NCBI GenBank assembly: GCA_030691865.1
Contig: JAUYDL010000041.1
Location: 758-64,757, forward strand
DNA length: 64,000 bases
Direction of reading: 5' to 3'
DNA from: Candidatus Omnitrophota bacterium
GTDB lineage: Bacteria > Omnitrophota > Gorgyraeia > Gygaellales > Profunditerraquicolaceae
How positions within the stretch are numbered: position 1 is the stretch's first letter; the number at the start of each line of letters is the position of its first letter. Both the position numbers and the translations under genes were made by a program. Shown here in pieces: positions 63,608 through 64,000 of this stretch. Below the pieces are notes generated by a model. It ran no database searches and was not told the DNA's origin. It worked only from the letters and a program-made list of their open reading frames with translations.

Positions 63608-64000
63608 TTAAAACTCTAACACTTCCTTCTCTTTAATCTTCAAAAGCTCATCAATCTTAGCGATATACTTATCCACTACCTTCTGCAACTCATCAATACC
63701 GCGAAATTTCTCGTCTTCAGAAATAATTTTATCCTTTTCCAGCTTCTCGACAGATTCTTTGGCCTCTCTTCTAATCGTACGCAGAGATACCCGGCCGTCT
63801 TCAGACATTTTATGCAGTAACTTAGCCATCTCCTGGCGCCTCTCCTTGGATAGCTGCGGAACAGTAATTCTAATTATCTTGCCGTCATTAGAAGGGCTAA
63901 CCCCCAGATTAGATTTCAGAATCGCCTTCTCAATCTCAGCAATCGCAGTAAGATCCCAGGGTTGGATAACAATCAAATGCGCGTCCGGTGCGGATATTGC
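63608..64000 (-). CDS. frr: ribosome recycling factor, partial (N-terminus beyond window end)
   Basis: C-terminal RRF region ...ITVPQLSKERRQEMAKLLHKMSEDGRVSLRTIRREA... The reading frame is open to the window edge. Confidence 0.85.
   Translation of the reverse strand, partial: AISAPDAHLIVIQPWDLTAIAEIEKAILKSNLGVSPSNDGKIIRITVPQLSKERRQEMAKLLHKMSEDGRVSLRTIRREAKESVEKLEKDKIISEDEKFRGIDELQKVVDKYIAKIDELLKIKEKEVLEF

Noticed and set aside
1-64000. CRISPR arrays, rRNA genes, transposases, integrases, prophage blocks
   Set aside because: I looked for regularly spaced direct repeats of 24-48 nt, rRNA-like conserved stretches, DDE/tyrosine-recombinase ORFs and phage structural gene clusters. None were seen. 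The only mobile-type gene is the LAGLIDADG endonuclease.

Overview
This is a gene-dense, AT-rich bacterial chromosome segment of about 62 coding genes, 3 tRNAs and one homing-endonuclease gene. All but one gene (22228..23349, +) lie on the minus strand.

Housekeeping content:
- Purine biosynthesis genes in scattered positions: purE, purD, purM, purF, purL and purB, with a LOG-family gene embedded among them.
- A B. subtilis-like ywlC/ywlE-rpiB-glyA block downstream of nrdR and a dCMP deaminase.
- A branched-chain amino acid operon (ilvD-ilvB-ilvN-ilvC-leuA/cimA) followed by aroE.
- Glycolysis genes (class II aldolase-like, pfkA) and a malQ.
- A SAM cycle pair (metK, ahcY) plus a short MetE-like protein elsewhere.
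- A four-subunit 2-oxoacid:ferredoxin oxidoreductase cluster (gamma-delta-alpha-beta) with a ferredoxin and a bacterioferritin-like gene.
- A regulatory PTS cluster (ptsN-yvcK-ptsH-ptsI) with no permeases.
- Cell-envelope genes (ccdA, tlpA-like, cutA, prepilin peptidase).
- tRNA-Gly, tRNA-Leu, tRNA-Lys and a partial frr.

Accessory content worth a second look:
- A 2590-aa secreted giant protein (30347..38119) with a C-terminal HExxH motif, reminiscent of giant ORFs reported in uncultivated anaerobic phyla such as Omnitrophota.
- A restriction-modification-like or defense-like operon at the left edge: DNA methyltransferase, two unknown small ORFs and a PD-(D/E)xK protein, next to a partial Cas4/RecB-like PD-(D/E)XK nuclease.
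- An MNT-HEPN-like toxin-antitoxin pair with a perfect 20-bp operator palindrome.
- An AbiEii-like nucleotidyltransferase gene paired with an HTH gene.
- A free-standing double-motif LAGLIDADG homing endonuclease wedged between tRNA genes.

Repeated non-coding elements:
- A REP-like element (16-bp perfect palindrome TTGTCTACCTAGACAA plus a GC hairpin that shows compensatory changes between copies). It is inserted at gene junctions and in two cases supplies the terminal codons of the upstream gene.
- A second GC-rich structured element family (2 copies).
- A duplicated terminator-hairpin + phased TTTTACCC repeats + promoter module upstream of purB and of the giant gene.
- Several long intra-operon hairpins built on a GGGGACG(G/T)TT core.

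No CRISPR array, rRNA or obvious transposase was found.
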